Part shown: one piece after another, positions 11,827-26,511 of the stretch | Layout: each line of letters opens with the position of its first letter | Numbering within the stretch: the first letter of the stretch is position 1 | Source of the DNA: Mustelus asterias | Taxonomy: Eukaryota | Assembly (NCBI RefSeq): GCF_964213995.1 | Contig: NW_027590138.1 | Span: forward strand, 1-64,000 | Direction of reading: 5' to 3' | Length of the DNA: 64,000 bases | Program-made: the position numbers and the translations under genes | The notes under the pieces: generated by a model | Seen by the model: only the letters and a program-made list of their open reading frames with translations | What the model was told of the DNA's origin: nothing | Databases searched by the model: none

Positions 11827-12602
11827 TGTGAGAAAGCAGACGGGCGGCAGAGTTTTGGATGATCTCACATTTCTATGTGGGGAGTGGGGTGAATGTGAGA
11901 GGCTGCTCAGAAATATATTGGAATCATCAAGACTAAAGGTAACAGATGGAGTGGGGTGGAGACTGTGGACATTTTGGAGATTGAAATATTTGGTATCAGT
12001 GATGGGATGGATATGTGGTCAGAAACTCATCCTGTTGTTAAATCTGACAGCAAGGCCTGAATTTTTCATCCGTTGGGCACACTCACATGGGAGTGCCTGG
12101 AAGTGGGTGTAATCAGCCCTGGAAATCGGCCCCGGAAAGTGATCTCATGCTGGCTGGCTGATTAACGGGCAGTCAGTGTGAAACGTGCACTGGGAAAGGC
12201 TCAGTGCTGCCGGGTAGGGAGGGAGGGAAGGGGACGGGCACTGAGGAAAGCGAGGGTGCTGTTGGCATTTCCAATACGCTCCCTCAGGGGGACAGCTGCT
12301 GCGGAGCCTGTCTCACAGCTACTGACCTGTAAAAAATAAACTGCGATGGAGCTCCTCACACTTGTTGGAGGTGAGAATGGCAGAGATGGGGAGAGGGAGA
12401 ACCCTTCAAAAGGAATTAACTTCTGTTAGCAGTATTTAAAAGACGCAAGACACTGTGTTTAACACAAAGCTGATTTATTTGACTCTTATCCAGAATATTT
12501 ACACCTATAACCGGCCTGGTGTTTATTAACATCAGCAGGACCAGACTCCAGTGAATGATATTCAATCCTGCAGGTGATTAACAGCAAACCCAATCATTGT
12601 CA

Positions 12603-13640
12603 TTACTTGTGACCGCGCTGGTGTCTCAGCAGATGGGATGACTGAGTGAATCCCTTCCCACACACAGAGCAGGTGAACGGTTTCTCCCCGGTGTGAACTC
12701 GCCAGTGTTTCAGCAGACTGGATGAATCACTGAATCCCTTCCCACACTCCGAGCAGCCGAGCGGCCTCTCCCCAGTGTGAATTCTTTGGTGTACGGTGAG
12801 CTGAGATGATTTCCTGAATCCAGTCCCACAACGAGAGCATCTGAACGGTCTCTCGTCAGTGTGAATACGTTGATGGGTCACCAGTTCCCCAGAACTTTTA
12901 AAGCACTTCCCACAATCCAGGCATTTAAATGGTCTCTCGTCAGAGTGAACCCGTTGATGGGATGTCAGTTCCACAGAACTTTTAAAGCACTTCTCACAGT
13001 TCAGGCATTTAAAAGGTCTCTCATCAGTGTGAACTCGCTGATGTTTCAGTAGGTGAGATGACTGAGTGAATCCCTTCCCACACACAGAGCAGGTAAATGG
13101 TTTCTCCCCAGTGTGGATTCGCTGGTGTTTCAGCAGATCAGATAACTGAATGAATCCATTCCCACACTCGGAGCAGGTAAATGATCTCTCTCCAGTGTGA
13201 ATTCGCTGATGTGTCATCAGGTGGGATGACTGAGTGAATCCCTTCCAACACACAGAGCAGGTGAATGGCCTTTCCCCAGTGTGACCACGTTGGTGTCCTA
13301 ACAGATTGGATAACTGAGTGAATCCCTTCCCACGCTCAGAACATGTGAATGGTCTCTCCCCATTGTGATCTCGCTGGTGTTTTAGCAGACTGGATGACTG
13401 AGTGAATCCCTTCCCACACTGAGGGCAGGTGAATGGTCTCTCCCCAGTGTGACTGCGTCGATGAGTTTCCAGGTCAGATGGATAACTAAACGCTTTCCCA
13501 CAATCCCCACATTTCCACAGCTTCTCCCCAGTGTGACTGTGCTTGTGTCTCGACAGGCTGGATGATCGACTGAAGCCTTGTCCACACACACAACACGTGT
13601 ATGGTTTCTCCTCACTGTGAACAGTGCTTTTTCCTTCCAT
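12603..13640 (-). CDS. C2H2 zinc-finger protein, 12 fingers (4th has C>R), MEGKSTVH class (ZNF-C)
   Basis: 345-aa ORF from ATG 13640; acceptor TTTCACAG at 13750; AATAAA on minus at ~12474. Confidence 0.88.
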   Translation of the reverse strand: MEGKSTVHSEEKPYTCCVCGQGFSRSSSLSRHKHSHTGEKLWKCGDCGKAFSYPSDLETHRRSHTGERPFTCPQCGKGFTQSSSLLKHQRDHNGERPFTCSERGKGFTQLSNLLGHQRGHTGERPFTCSVCWKGFTQSSHLMTHQRIHTGERSFTCSECGNGFIQLSDLLKHQRIHTGEKPFTCSVCGKGFTQSSHLLKHQRVHTDERPFKCLNCEKCFKSSVELTSHQRVHSDERPFKCLDCGKCFKSSGELVTHQRIHTDERPFRCSRCGTGFRKSSQLTVHQRIHTGERPLGCSECGKGFSDSSSLLKHWRVHTGEKPFTCSVCGKGFTQSSHLLRHQRGHK

Positions 13641-14779
13641 ATTTAATATTCAATGATATTCAAGTTACGATAAATGATACACCTCTGTCAGCTCCTGGTG
13701 TGATGTTTGGTTTCAGTTTCCTGACTGTAAATCCTCCTCTTCTAAAACCCTGTGAAATTGATTTAAAACAAAAACACAGAAGTGAGAGAGAACCCACAAA
13801 AACTCAAAGGCAGCTTGTGAAATTGAGCTGAATGAATCTGGTAATTTGTCTGATACTAATGAACAGTGCTGGATTATCATAAAAACCCAACTGATTCACT
13901 AATGTCCATCAGGGAAAGGAACCTACCACCCAGTCTGGGTCTGTACAGACTCAGGCCTCTACTTAAGGAGAGTTCAAGACAGTGGGAGAGAACGGGGAGT
14001 AATGCAAGAGGTGAGGTTGTGGGGGGATGGGGGAGGTGCTGGTGATGGCAGGAGGAGAGGGATTTTACACATCTATAACTCAGCTGGAGCTTTGACAGAA
14101 TCTCCCAAACCCTCAACTTCCACCACCTGGAAGGACCAGGATCACAAGTGTGAATGAACACCTCGAAATTCACCTTCAAGTCTCACACACTTGGGGATTT
14201 TCACAGTAACTTCATCGCAGTGTTAATATAAACCTACTCGTGACATGATAAACTTTTTAAAAAAACTTTAAACACACTGTTCTGACTTGTCTGCCATCCA
14301 GTCCTGGATGAACAGATATTTTATATATTGGGAAGACTGAAGTCACTGGTTTCAGTCTTTGCTACAAACTTCACTCCCCAGCCACCGACTCCATCTCTCT
14401 CCCTGATAATTGTCCGAGGCTGAACATGATTGTTCACAACCATGGTGACATGTTTCACCTCAAGAATTAGGAGTCGGCCATTCGGTCCATCAGGTCTTTC
14501 ACCTCTGTCACTGTTTCAAGTCTGGATGACCGTTCTCCAAACAGTCATTCAGACTCGAAACGTTGGCTCTATTCTCTCTCCAAAGATGCTGTCAGACATG
14601 CTGGGATTTTCCAGCACTTTGTTTTTGTTAAACATTCACTTGATTGCAGTTTGCTGTGGGTAAATCCTCCCCTTCTAACCCATGTAAAATAAGTTTCCAA
14701 AACCCATCACTCTCAGTCCAGGATAGAAATTCACAACATTGTGTCTGCCTGCTTTCTGGCTCAGGATTACTTAAGCTGG

Positions 14780-15925
14780 GACACATTTTCATTGGAAGCA
14801 GATGAGAAAATGTTCACTAGGCTGACTCCTGTGATGAGGGGGTTTGGCTTCTGAGGAAAGGTGGAACAGGTTGGGTCTTTACCCATTGGAATTCAGAAGA
14901 ATGAGAGGTGATCTTGGTGAAGCATATTAGATCCTGGGGGAGCTTGACCGGGTAGATTCTGAGAGGATGTTTCCCCTCATGGGGTAATATCCAATTATGG
15001 AACAGTTGAAAATAAGAGGTCTCAGTTTACACCATGAGGAGAAACGTATTCTCTATGAAGATCATTAGTCTTTGGAAATCCCTTCTCCAGTAAGTAGTAG
15101 GCTTGGTCATTGAATACATTTAAGTCTGTGTTAAGTTCATAAGATATTGGAGCAGAATTAGGCCATTCGGCCCATCGAGTCTGCTCTGCCATTCGACCAT
15201 GGCTGATATGCTCCTCATTCCCATTTTCCTGCCTTCTCCCCATAACCAATTAAAAATCTGTCTAACTCCTCCTTAAATTTACTCACTGTCCCAGCATCCA
15301 CCGCACTTCAGGGTAGCGAATTCCAGATTCACAACCCTTTGGGAGAAGTAGTTTCTCCTCAACTCTGTTTTAAATTTGCTGCCCCTTATCCTAAGACTAT
15401 AAGCTCTTGTCCTAGAATACCCCACAAGAGGAAGTATCCACTCCACGTCTACTTTATCCATACCTTTTATCATCTTGTACACCTCAATTTGATCTCCCCT
15501 CATTCTTCTAAATTCCAGAGAGTATAGGCCTCTCTCTCTTCATACGACAAACCCGTCATCTCTGGAATCAATCTGGTGAACCTCCCCTGAACTGCCTCCA
15601 ATGCCACTACAACTTTCCTCAAATAAAGGGACCAAAACTGTGCACAATACTCCAGGTGCGGCCTCACCAATGCCTTGTATAGTTCCTTACATTTATATTC
15701 TAATCCTTTAGCTATAAACGCCAACATTCCATTCACTTTCTTTATAATCTGCTGTACCTGCATGCTGGTTTTCTGTGACTGGTGAACGAGGACACCCAGA
15801 TCCTTCTGCACTGGAGCACCCTGAAGTCTCTCCCCATTTAGATAATAAATCGCCTTCCCAACACTCCAGCCCAGGCAACATGCTGGTGACTCTCCTCTGC
15901 ACTCTTTCCAGTGCAATCACATCCT
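14780..15925. mobile_element. CR1 3' fragments (plus 14780-15130; minus 15137-15925)
   Basis: RGDQIEVYKMIKGMDKV and RPHLEYCAQFWS peptides with a CR1 tail. Confidence 0.85.
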
Positions 15926-16230
15926 TCCTATCGTGTTCCTCAGTGTTACGTTCTGTCTGATTCTGTCAGTTGATGTTTCTGAGATTCACCTTGGGACACT
16001 CTCCTACATTAAGGGTCTGATATAAATCAAAGTTATTTTTAAATCACATTGTAACAGACTGGGGAAGTCAGGATTAAAACAATATCTAGGTAAATGGAGT
16101 TTGGTCACAGATCAGCCGTGACCCCAGTCAATAAGAGAACAGGCTCAAGGGGGAGAAATGATTTCCTCCTGTTCCCAATAAACTTGGGCTCAAACACCAG
16201 CTGATGAATGGAAAGTGATGGGAGAACTGG

Positions 16231-16735
16231 GGGGGAAGACACTTCACCAGAAACCAGCACTGGAGCAGAGTTAGAGAGTGGGAGAGGCCCGGGGGGGAAA
16301 CAACACAGGAAATGGAGTAGCTCATTCAGCCTTTTGAGTCTGCTCTGTCATTCAGTTAGACTCTGGCTGATCAATTAGTCTTTCTGAACTTGAAGAACAA
16401 ATAGCTGAACAGTTAACTCCAGCTGGTTATAGGGTTATTAACAGCAGCAGAAACACCAGCTGATAAATGGAAAGCCTGTTCCTGTGCTGTACTTTTCTTT
16501 GTTCTTAAGTGGGGAGAAGACACTTCACCAGGAACCAGCGATGGAGCAGAGTTAAAGAGTAGGAGAGTCCTGTGGAGAGACTACTCAGGAAATGGAATAG
16601 GTTGTTCACCCCTTCAAGTCTGCTCTGTTATTCAATTAGACCCTGGTTGATCCATTAGTCCATCTGAACTTGAACAAATACCTGAATTGTTAACTCAAGC
16701 TGGTTACAGCAGTTATTAACAGCAGCAGAAACACA
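16231..16735. repeat. Local ~225-bp direct duplication in the 3' flank of the ZNF pseudogene
   Basis: GAAGACACTTCACCAG...TTATTAACAGCAGCAGAAACAC at 16231-16457 and 16511-16735. Confidence 0.75.
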
Positions 16736-16809
16736 CCATAGCTATCAGAATGCACATGGGTCAGTGCAGGATGTGATTACCTGTTCAATAACTGGGGAAT
16801 CTGCCTCCA

Positions 16810-17245
16810 GACTTGTGAACTCGCTGGTGTCTCATTAGGTTTTGTGACTGAGTGAATCTGTTCCCACACATGGAGCAGGTGAACGGCCTCTCCCCGGTGT
16901 GAACTCGCTGGTGTATCAGGAGATCAGATGAGTTAGTGAGCACACTTGTGTTTCAGCAGGCGAGATGAACTGCTGAATCCCTTCATACACACAGAGCAGG
17001 TGAATGGCCGCTCCCCAGTGTGAAGTCGCTGGTGAGTGCGAAGGTTGAACATTCGACTAAAACTCTTCCCACACGCGGTGCAGATGAACAGACTCTTCCC
17101 AGTGTGACTGCGCTGATGTGCTTCCAGCTGGGATGGAGAACTGAATTCCTTCCCACAGTCCCCACATTTCCATGGGTTCTCTATGGTGTAGATGTCCTCG
17201 TGTCTCCAGGTTGGATGATTTAATGTGTGTATATTTCAAATATCC
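16810..17245 (-). pseudogene. C2H2 ZNF pseudogene, MEKPWKC class (ZNF-D)
   Basis: [24 protein letters not shown] followed by frameshifted fingers; start codon ATG>ATA at ~17183; leader largely deleted. Confidence 0.8.
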
Positions 17246-18144
17246 TGTAAAAGGAGTTTAGAAACATCACTGTCAGTACAAGATAGAAATTCAGAACAGA
17301 CATTTCTACTTTCTGTGGAACATCGTTTCCTCACTTGTTCCTGTGCAGCAGTAAATCCTCATCCTGAACACTTTCCCTCCTCCCTGTCCTGCAACCAACT
17401 CCCACACTGACCAACCAGCTCATATTTCAATGGATTGTCCCATGACTCCAGTGTGCCAGGCTGCATGGCGTATGGGCGCTGTTTCACCCATATGATGGAT
17501 GTGTGCAGCACCCTCTTCCAACTCTTCTGGCTGCCAACCAGCCCCTGTCCACCCACACAGTTCCAGCAGCACCGCACACAATACTGCTCACCTGCTTCGA
17601 CAGACTCATGAAGGATGTCCTTTCATTTTCTCAGAGAGTTGGTCAGCCTGGCAAACCCAGTGTGAAATATCTTCACAAATCTTTTCTCCCACCCTCTATC
17701 CTGGCTGGGTTCAGTTCTCTTTTGTACAGAGTGAAAATAAAATCAATTATTTTCTCTCCTGGTCACTACAGGGAGCTGCAGCTTCTTATTGGCGGCGTTG
17801 GGGCCTCCAGCGGGTGTTTGTGAATCCTCCCCGCCCACCTCCCAGGGTTTCCTTCCTTCCCAGAGATCAGAGTCCTCATTGATTTGAGGCCAAAGTGTAA
17901 CCTCTTATTTATTGTCCCCCTCCCCCATCCTCTGATGTGAACCATCCTCCAGTGGCTGAGCCAGGATGGGGCCGTTAACCTGGGCCTGTTCCCGGGAGGG
18001 AGGGAGGGAGAAGCCCCGCAGCTGCAAACCAGGGAGCTGACAATGATTCTGAAGGGTTTGCGGATCCACAAAGTGTTTCCAAATCCTCCCAGCCACCGCC
18101 TAACGCTGACTCCGCTTCTCCGGGACAAACAAGCGCCAAGGACA

Positions 18145-18330
18145 GCAATGACACTGCGCATGCTCCACATCACAATGCCCCGGGACTGATTGACGGCAGC
18201 TCCGGACCAATAGGAAGAGGGGGCGGGGCTGGAGGACCGAGCGGGAGCGGCTGGTCCTCCAACCAATCGGAGTGAATGAGGGGCGGGACCTGAGGCATGC
18301 GCAGTGCGGGTAATGGCGACGGACGGTTTA
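18145..18330. promoter_or_regulatory. Putative bidirectional CpG promoter between ZNF-C/D (minus) and ZNF-B (plus)
   Basis: NRF1-like ACTGCGCATGCT (~18153) and GCATGCGCAGT (~18296), two CCAAT boxes, two GC boxes. Confidence 0.7.
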
Positions 18331-18363
18331 GAAAATTGAACATCAACGATCTCCCTCTGTTAA

Positions 18364-18485
18364 GACCCGGGAATGAAGCCCAGCAGGACCCGAGAATGAA
18401 GCCCAGCAGGACCCGAGAATGAAGCCCAGCAGGACCCGAGAATGAAGCCCAGCAGGACCCGAGAATGAAGGCCAGCAGGACCCGA
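18364..18485. repeat. 23-bp tandem repeat x5 (single unit in the paralogue at 2430)
   Basis: (GACCCGAGAATGAAGCCCAGCAG)5. Confidence 0.9.
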
Positions 18486-19517
18486 GGACCCATCAGCCCA
18501 CAGCTCCAACAGTTTGCTGAGGACCACTTCCCTGGGAATTGTGCTTTTTCAGAGTTCATCCCACACTCCTGTTTTCTGATTTCCAGCTGTTTCTGAGTTT
18601 TAACTGTATCCTCTATTGTGAACACCGAGGCAAAATACTTGTTCAATTCATCTCCCAGCTCCTTATTTTTCATCATCAATTCCTGGACTCACTTTCTATT
18701 AGACAGTTAAGAAATGAGGTCGAGCAAGTGACTGAAGTGTCAGTCAGGGAGCACTATTGGGAGCACCAATAGTTTCAAAATAGTTCTGGAAACAGATAGG
18801 ACAGGTCCACAGGTCAAGGCCCTAAACTGGAGCAGGGCCACTTTTGTGGGCATGAGGCAGGATCGAGCAGATGTCGATTCGGTGAGTTTGTTTGAAAGGA
18901 AAGGAATGACTGGCAAATGGGAGGTTTTAAAAGTGTGATATCAAGAATCCAGGGGCAGTATATTCCTGTTAAGATGAAGGGAAAGAATGGCAAATTTAGG
19001 GATCTCTGGCAGACAAGGGACATTGAGGCTCTGGTCAGGTAAAAGAAGGAAGCATACATTGGGTTTAGGCAATCGGGGACAAGTGAATCACTCCGACTAT
19101 AAAAAGTGTAAGAAAATACTGAAGATGGAAATCAGGAGGACAAAAAGAGGGTCTGATATGGATCTGGCAGGTAAGATTAAAGAAAATTCCAAGAGGTTCT
19201 TTTGCTATATTAAGAGTAAAAGGGTGGCTCGAGAGAGAATAGATCCCCTTAAAAATCAGTATGGCCATCTGTGTGTGGAGCCGCAGGAGATGGGTGAGAT
19301 TTGTAATGAATACTTCTCTGTGTTTACTGCGGAGAGCACCATGGGTGCTAAAGAAATAAGGGAAACAAGTGGTGATGTCTTGGGCACACGCATGTTACTT
19401 GGGAGGAGGTATCTGCAGCCTTATAAAAGCAAATTACTGCGGATGCTGGAATCTGAAACCAAGAGAGAAAATGCTGGAAAATCTCTGCAGGTCTGGCAGC
19501 ATCTGTAAGGAGAGAAA

Positions 19518-19560
19518 AGAGCTGATGTTTCTTGTCTAGATGACCCTTTGTCAAAGCTCT
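19518..19560 (-). ncRNA. Hammerhead-like motif, U3-A8 core variant (family B)
   Basis: AGAGCU-UUGACAA-AGGGUC-AUCUA-GACAA-GAAA-CAUC-AGCUCU: 6-bp stem I, AUC triplet, partly decayed stem II. Confidence 0.5.
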
Positions 19561-20096
19561 GAAACATCAGTTCTTTTCTCTCCATACAGATGCTGCCAGA
19601 CCTGCTGAGAATGGGGAGAGAGTGTGTGGGATGGAGATTTCCAGCTTTTGGGGAATGAGAGAGGAAAGAATGTTCCATAGAAATTGTCTGTTCTGAATTT
19701 CTATCCTGTACTGACACTGATGACTTTTGTGAACGAATTTTCCAGGATATTGAAAGAGGAATCACAGGCTGAAATCTCAAACGTCACGTCTAGACGCGAC
19801 AGAATCATATTCCTTGGGACTTCAATATCATCGGACTTTGAATCCAGAAGGAGAAATGATTGTCCAGTCTGTCCATTTGAAAGGATTTGAAATGTCAGTG
19901 TGAGTGAAAATGCATCAACACACTGCCACACTTGAGTGAGAGTGTTCCAATGCACTGACTAAAGAGCTTTAACCAGTTACACAGCCTGAATAAATATCAC
20001 ACCATTCACAGCGGGTAGAGACTGTAATCTTGTTGTGTGTGTGGACGAAGTTTCAACTGATTGTCCACCCAAGAGAGAGGTAAGGACACCTGCACC

Positions 20097-20771
<675 letters not shown>

Positions 20772-20994
20772 TTCCAGGGGTTGGATTCTGCTGTTATTGT
20801 TTCTGCTCTCAGCTGCATCCAGGACTGCATTTTGTTCATTCTCACAGTTGGTCAATGGGAAGGGTCAGAGGGTTTCTTTGTGCTGGACTGGCTGATCTCA
20901 GCCTCCAGTGGGCTGATGCTCTTTGAGTCTTTTTGCGAATACCTGGTTTCAAATTTCACGAGGATCACAGAGTGACAGGGTGTTAGGAAGTTTA

Positions 20995-22055
20995 GAGATA
21001 TTTAGTCGGAAGAAAACAGAGGTTGGCAGTGCAAAGGTACATTTCTGAATGGAGGGTTGTGACAAGTGACATTCCTCAGCGATCAGTGCTGGGACTTTTG
21101 CTGTTTGTAATATATATAAATGATTTGGAGGAAAATGTAACTGGTTTGATTGGTAAGTTTGTGGACGACACAAAGGTTGGTGGAATTGCGGATAGCGATG
21201 GGGAACGGCAGAGGATACAGCAGGATATAGATCAGTTGGAGACTTGGGCGGAGAGATGGCAGATGAAGTTTAATCCGGACAAATGTGAGGTAATGCATTT
21301 TGGAAGGTCTAATACAGATGGGAAATATACAGTAAATGGCAGAACCCTTCAGAGTATTCATAGTCAGAGGGATCGAGGTGTACAGGTACACAGGTTATTG
21401 TAAGATAATCAAGAAGGCATACGGCATGCTTGCCTTCATCGGCCAGGGCACTGAGTTTAAAAATTGGTCAGTCATGTTGCAGCTTTATAGAACCTTAGTT
21501 AGACCGCACTTGGAATCTCGTGTTCAATTCTGGTGACCACACAACCAGATGGATGTGGAGGCTTTGGAGAGGGTGTGGAAAATGTTTATCAGGATGTTGC
21601 CTGGTGTGGAGGGCATTAGCTATGAGGAGAGGTTGGAGAAACTTGGTTTGTTCTCACTGGAACGACGGCGGTTGAGGGGGGCGACCTGATAGAAGTCTAC
21701 AAGATTATGAGGGGCATGGACAGAGTGGATAATCAGAAGCTTTTTCAGGGGGTGGAAAAGTCAATTACGAGGGGCATAGGTTTAAGGTGAGAGGGGCAAG
21801 GTTTAAAGGAGATGTACAAGGCAGGTTTTTTACACAGAGGGTGGTGAGTGCCTGGAACTCGTTGCCGGGGAAGGCAGTGGAAGCAGATACGATAATGACT
21901 TTTAAGATGTGTCTTGACAAAGATATGAATAGCATAGGAATAGAGGGATATGGTCCCTGGAAAGGTAGGGGTTTTAGTTCAGACGGGCAGCATGGTTGCT
22001 ACAGGCTTGGAGGGCCAAAGGGCTTGTTTCTGTGCTGTAATTGTCTTTGTTCTGT
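20995..22055 (+). mobile_element. 5'-truncated CR1 LINE (RT C-half and tail)
   Basis: [43 protein letters not shown]. Confidence 0.9.
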
Positions 22056-23019
22056 TTGGAACATCCCAAATGCCCATCCAATTTCCTTTTTAATTGTTTA
22101 TTGTCTCCACTTCCTCCACCCTCGTAGACAGCGAGTTTCAGATCATTACCATTCGCTGCATCAGAATATTCTTCCTCACATCTCCCCCCCCCCCTCCCCC
22201 ACTCCCCCCCCTTGCATCTCTGACCCAAAACAAGAAATCTGTGTCCCCCCTCGTCCTTGTCCCATCAGCTAATAGGAACAGCTTTTCTTTGTCCACCTTA
22301 TCTAAACCTGTCAGAATTTTGTCCACCTCTATCAAATCTCCCCTCAACCTCCTTTGCTCCAAGGAGAACAACCCCAGCCTGACATTGACAATAAAGAACA
22401 AACCAACAGAATATGTTACTGTCTGAAATCAAATGGGAATCTTTAATTTCTGTTTTAAAGATATTGTGAATATATTGTCCTGGACAATAAAGGAATTGGA
22501 ATAACTCACCTTGGATGTGGTTGAATGGAATATATCAATCATATATGCACCTACAGTCTCATGAAAGTCTGGAATATGTAGCTGGAAGTCCCTTCCTAAC
22601 AGCACTGTGGGTGGACGTACACCTGAGGCATTGCAGCAGTTCAGGAAGCCACCCTTGGGGTTGGGGTTGACCATGGCCAAGGCAGCTACGTACAGCCACA
22701 TATTCTGTTATAATTGAAGGACTGCAGATTGAAAGTGAAGCATTGTGGGACTAGACTATCTTGACCATATTCCTGTGACTGCCCGGAAACTCAATGGTCT
22801 ATTTCAGTTTATAATTGAGGATTTCTGGGAATAAGTTAAATGCAGAAATATTAAGCATAGCCTGGAGGAATTTGGAATAACTGAGAATTTTATCCCCAGA
22901 TAAAGAACAAAGATTTTGCCGGTGTTTGGGTGTAACGTGTTTGGGATTTTAAATCAACAAAGATGTTGCCTCTAAAATCAGTCCTTGTAAGTTGTCTTAA
23001 AAAAGGTTAAGTTATAATG

Positions 23020-26000
23020 AACATAGAACAGTACAGCACAGAACAGGCCCTTCGGCCCACGATGTTGTGCTGAGCTTTATCTGAAATCAAGATCAAGCTA
23101 TCCCACTCCCTATCATCCTGGTGTGCTCCATGTGCCTGTCCAATAACCGCTTAAATGTTCCTAAAGTGTCTGACTCCACTATCACTGCAGGCAGTCCATT
23201 CCACAACCCAACCACTCTCTGCGTAAAGAACCTACCTCTGATATCCTTCCTATATCTCCCACCATGAACCCTATAGTTATGCCCCCTTGTAATAGCTCCA
23301 TCCACCCGAGGAAATAGTCTTTGAACGTTCACTCTATGTATCCCCTTCATCATTTTATAAACCTCTGTTAAGTCTCCCCTCAACCTCCTCCACTCCAGAG
23401 AGAACAGCCCTAGCTCCCTCAGCCTTTCCTCACAAGACCTACCCTCCAAACCAGGCAGCATCCTGGTAAATCTCCTTTGCACTCTTTCCAGCGCTTCCAT
23501 ATCCTTCTTATAGTGAGGTGACCAGAACTGCACACAATATTCTCAATGTGGTCTCACCAAGGTCCTGCTCAGTTGCAGCATAACCCCACGGCTCTTAAAC
23601 TCCAACCCCCTGTTAATAAAAGCTAACACACTATCGGCCTTCTTCACAGCTCTATCCACTTGAGTGGCAACCTTCAGAGATCTGTGGATATGGACCCCAA
23701 GATCTCTCTGTTCCTTCACAGCCTTCAGAACCCTACCTTTGACCCTGCAATCCACATTTAAATTTGTCCTACCAAAATGAATCACCTCACATTTATCAGG
23801 GTTAAACTCCATTTGCCATTTTGCAGCCCAGCTTTGCATCCTATCTATGCCGACCATGGGGGACCTTATCAAACGCCTTACTAAAATCCATGTATATGAC
23901 ATCAACTGCCCTACCTTCATCAACACACTTAGTTACCTCCTCAAAAAATTCAATCAAATTTGTGAGGCACGACTTGCCCTTCACGAATCCGTGCTGACTA
24001 TCCCGGATTAATCCGCATCTTTCTAAATTGTCGTAAATCCCATCCCTAAGGGCCTTTTCCATCAACTTACCAACCACCGTAGTAAGACTAACCAGCCTGC
24101 AATTACCAGGGTCATTTCTATTCCCTTTCTTAAACAGAGGAACAACATTCGCCACTCTCCAGTCCTCTGGCACCATCCCCGTGGACAGTGAGGACCCAAA
24201 GATCAAAGCCAAAGGCTCTGCAATCTCATCCCTTGCCTCCCAAAGAATCCTAGGATGTATTTCATCAGGCCCTGGGGACTTATCGACCTTCGGTTTATTC
24301 AAAACTGCTAGTACATCCTCCCTCCAAACATCTACTTCCTCCAGCCTATTAGCCTGTAACACCTTCTCTTCCTCAAAAACATGGCCCCTCTCCTTGGTGA
24401 ACACTGATGAAAAGTATTCATTCATCACCTCTCCTATCTCTACTGACTCCATACACAAGTTCCCACTACTGTCCTTGACTGGCCTTAATCTCACCCTGGT
24501 CATTCTTTTATTCCTCACATAAGAGTAAAAGGCCTTGGGGTTTTCCTTGATCCGACCCGCCAAGGACTTCTCATGCCCCCTCCTAGCTCTCCTAAGCCCC
24601 TTTTTCTGCTCATTCCTTGCTAACTTGTAACCCTCAATTGAGCCATCTGAACCTTGTTTCCTCATCCCTACATAAGCTTCCCTCTTCCTTTTTGCAAGAC
24701 ATTCCACCTCTTTTGTGAACCATGGTTCCCTCACTTGGCCATTTCCTTCCTGCCTGACAGGGACATACCTATCAAGGACACACAGTATTTGTTCGTTGAA
24801 AAAGTTCCACTTTTCATTAGTTCCCTTCCCTGACAGTTTCTGTTCCCATCTTATGCCCCCTAATTCTTGCCTAATCGCATCATAATTACCTCTCCCCCAA
24901 TTGTAAACCTTGCCCTGCCGCATGGCCCTCTCCCTCTCCATTGCAATAACAAAAGACACCGAATTGTGGTCGCTATCTCCAAAGTGCCCTCCCACAACCA
25001 AATCTAACACTTGCCCTGGTTCATTTCCCATTACCAAATTCAGTGTGGCCCCACCTCATCGGCCTATCCACATATTGTGTCAGGAAACCCTCCTGCACAC
25101 ACTGCACAAAAACTGCCCCATCTGAACTATTCGACCTACAAAGGTTCCAATCAATATTTGGAAAGTTAAAGTCCCCCATGACAACTACCCTGTGAACCCC
25201 ACACCTATCCATAATCTGCTTACCAATTTGTTCCTCCACATCTCTATTACTATTTGGGGGCCTATAGTAAACTCCTAACAACGTGACCGCTCCTTTCCTA
25301 TTTCTAACCTCAGCCCATATTACCTCAGTGTGCAGATCCCCCTCGAAGTGCCTTTCCGCAGCCGTTAAACTATCCTTGATTAACAATGCCACTCCTCCAC
25401 CTCTTTTACCAGCTTCCCTACATTTACTGAAACATCTATACCCCGGAACGTCCAACAACCATTCCTGTCCTTGTTCTACCCATGTCTCCGTAATGGCCAC
25501 AACATCGTAGTCCCAAGTACCAATCCACGTCCCAAGTTCATCTACCTTGTTCCGGATGCTCCTTGCATTGAAGTAAACACACTTCAACCCACCTTCCTGT
25601 CTACTGGTACCCACCCTTGACCTTGATACCTTCCCCAACACCTCACTACCCTCAACACTGACTTCCGGACTACAACTCCTTTTCCCACCCCCCTGACAAA
25701 TTAGTTTAAACCCCCCTGAAGAGCCTTATCAAATTTCCCTCCCAGGATATTGGTGCCCCTCTGGTTCAGGTGCACCCCGTCCTGTTTGTACAGGTCCCAC
25801 CTTCCCCAGAATGTGTTCCAATTATCCATGTAGCTGAAACCCTCCCTCCTACACCATCCCTGCAACCACATGTTTAACTGTACTCCCTGTTTCTCAACTC
25901 GCTATCACATGGCACTGGTAACGTACCAGAGATGACCACATGTTTTTTCTTGGCTCTCAGCTTCCAGCCCAGCTCCCTAAAGCCCCGTCCCTTCTTTTAC

Positions 26001-26505
26001 CTATGTCGTTGGTACCAATGTGTACCACGACTTGTGACTGTTCCCCCTCCCCCTTAAGAATCCAGAAAACACGGTCCGAGACGTCACGGACCCTGGCATC
26101 CGGTAGGCAACATACCATCTGTGAGTCTCTTTTGCTGCCACAGAACCTCCTATCTATCCCTCAAACTAACGAGTCCCCAATAACTATTGCCCTCCCGCTC
26201 TGCCCCTTACCCTCCTGAGCCACAGAGACGGACACAGTGCTAGAGATCCGCTCACTGCGGCTCACCACTGGTATGTCGTCCCCCTCAACTGCATCCAAAG
26301 CGGAATACTTGTTGCTAAGGGGAACAACCACAGGGTATCCCTGCACTGACTGCTTCCTCCCAGCCCCTCTCACTGTCACCCATCTATTTTCCTTTCCTGG
26401 AGTAACTATATCCATGAAGCTTCTGTTTATGGCCACCTCTGCCTCCCTAATGATCCTAAGTTCATCCAGCTCCAGTTCCCTAACACAGTTTTGGAGGAGC
26501 TGCAA
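23020..26505 (-). mobile_element. Near-full-length CR1 LINE: ORF1 (SGNH/GDSL esterase) and ORF2 (APE endonuclease, RT), frameshifted, with an RT internal deletion at ~23850
   Basis: ORF1 VPLSNKYSAL...AIVIGDSLV; ORF2 CVYFNARSIRNK, VAITETW, MGDFNFPNIDW, DFSKAFDKVPH; 3' tail at 23020-23090. Confidence 0.93.
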
Positions 26506-26511
26506 TCTTAT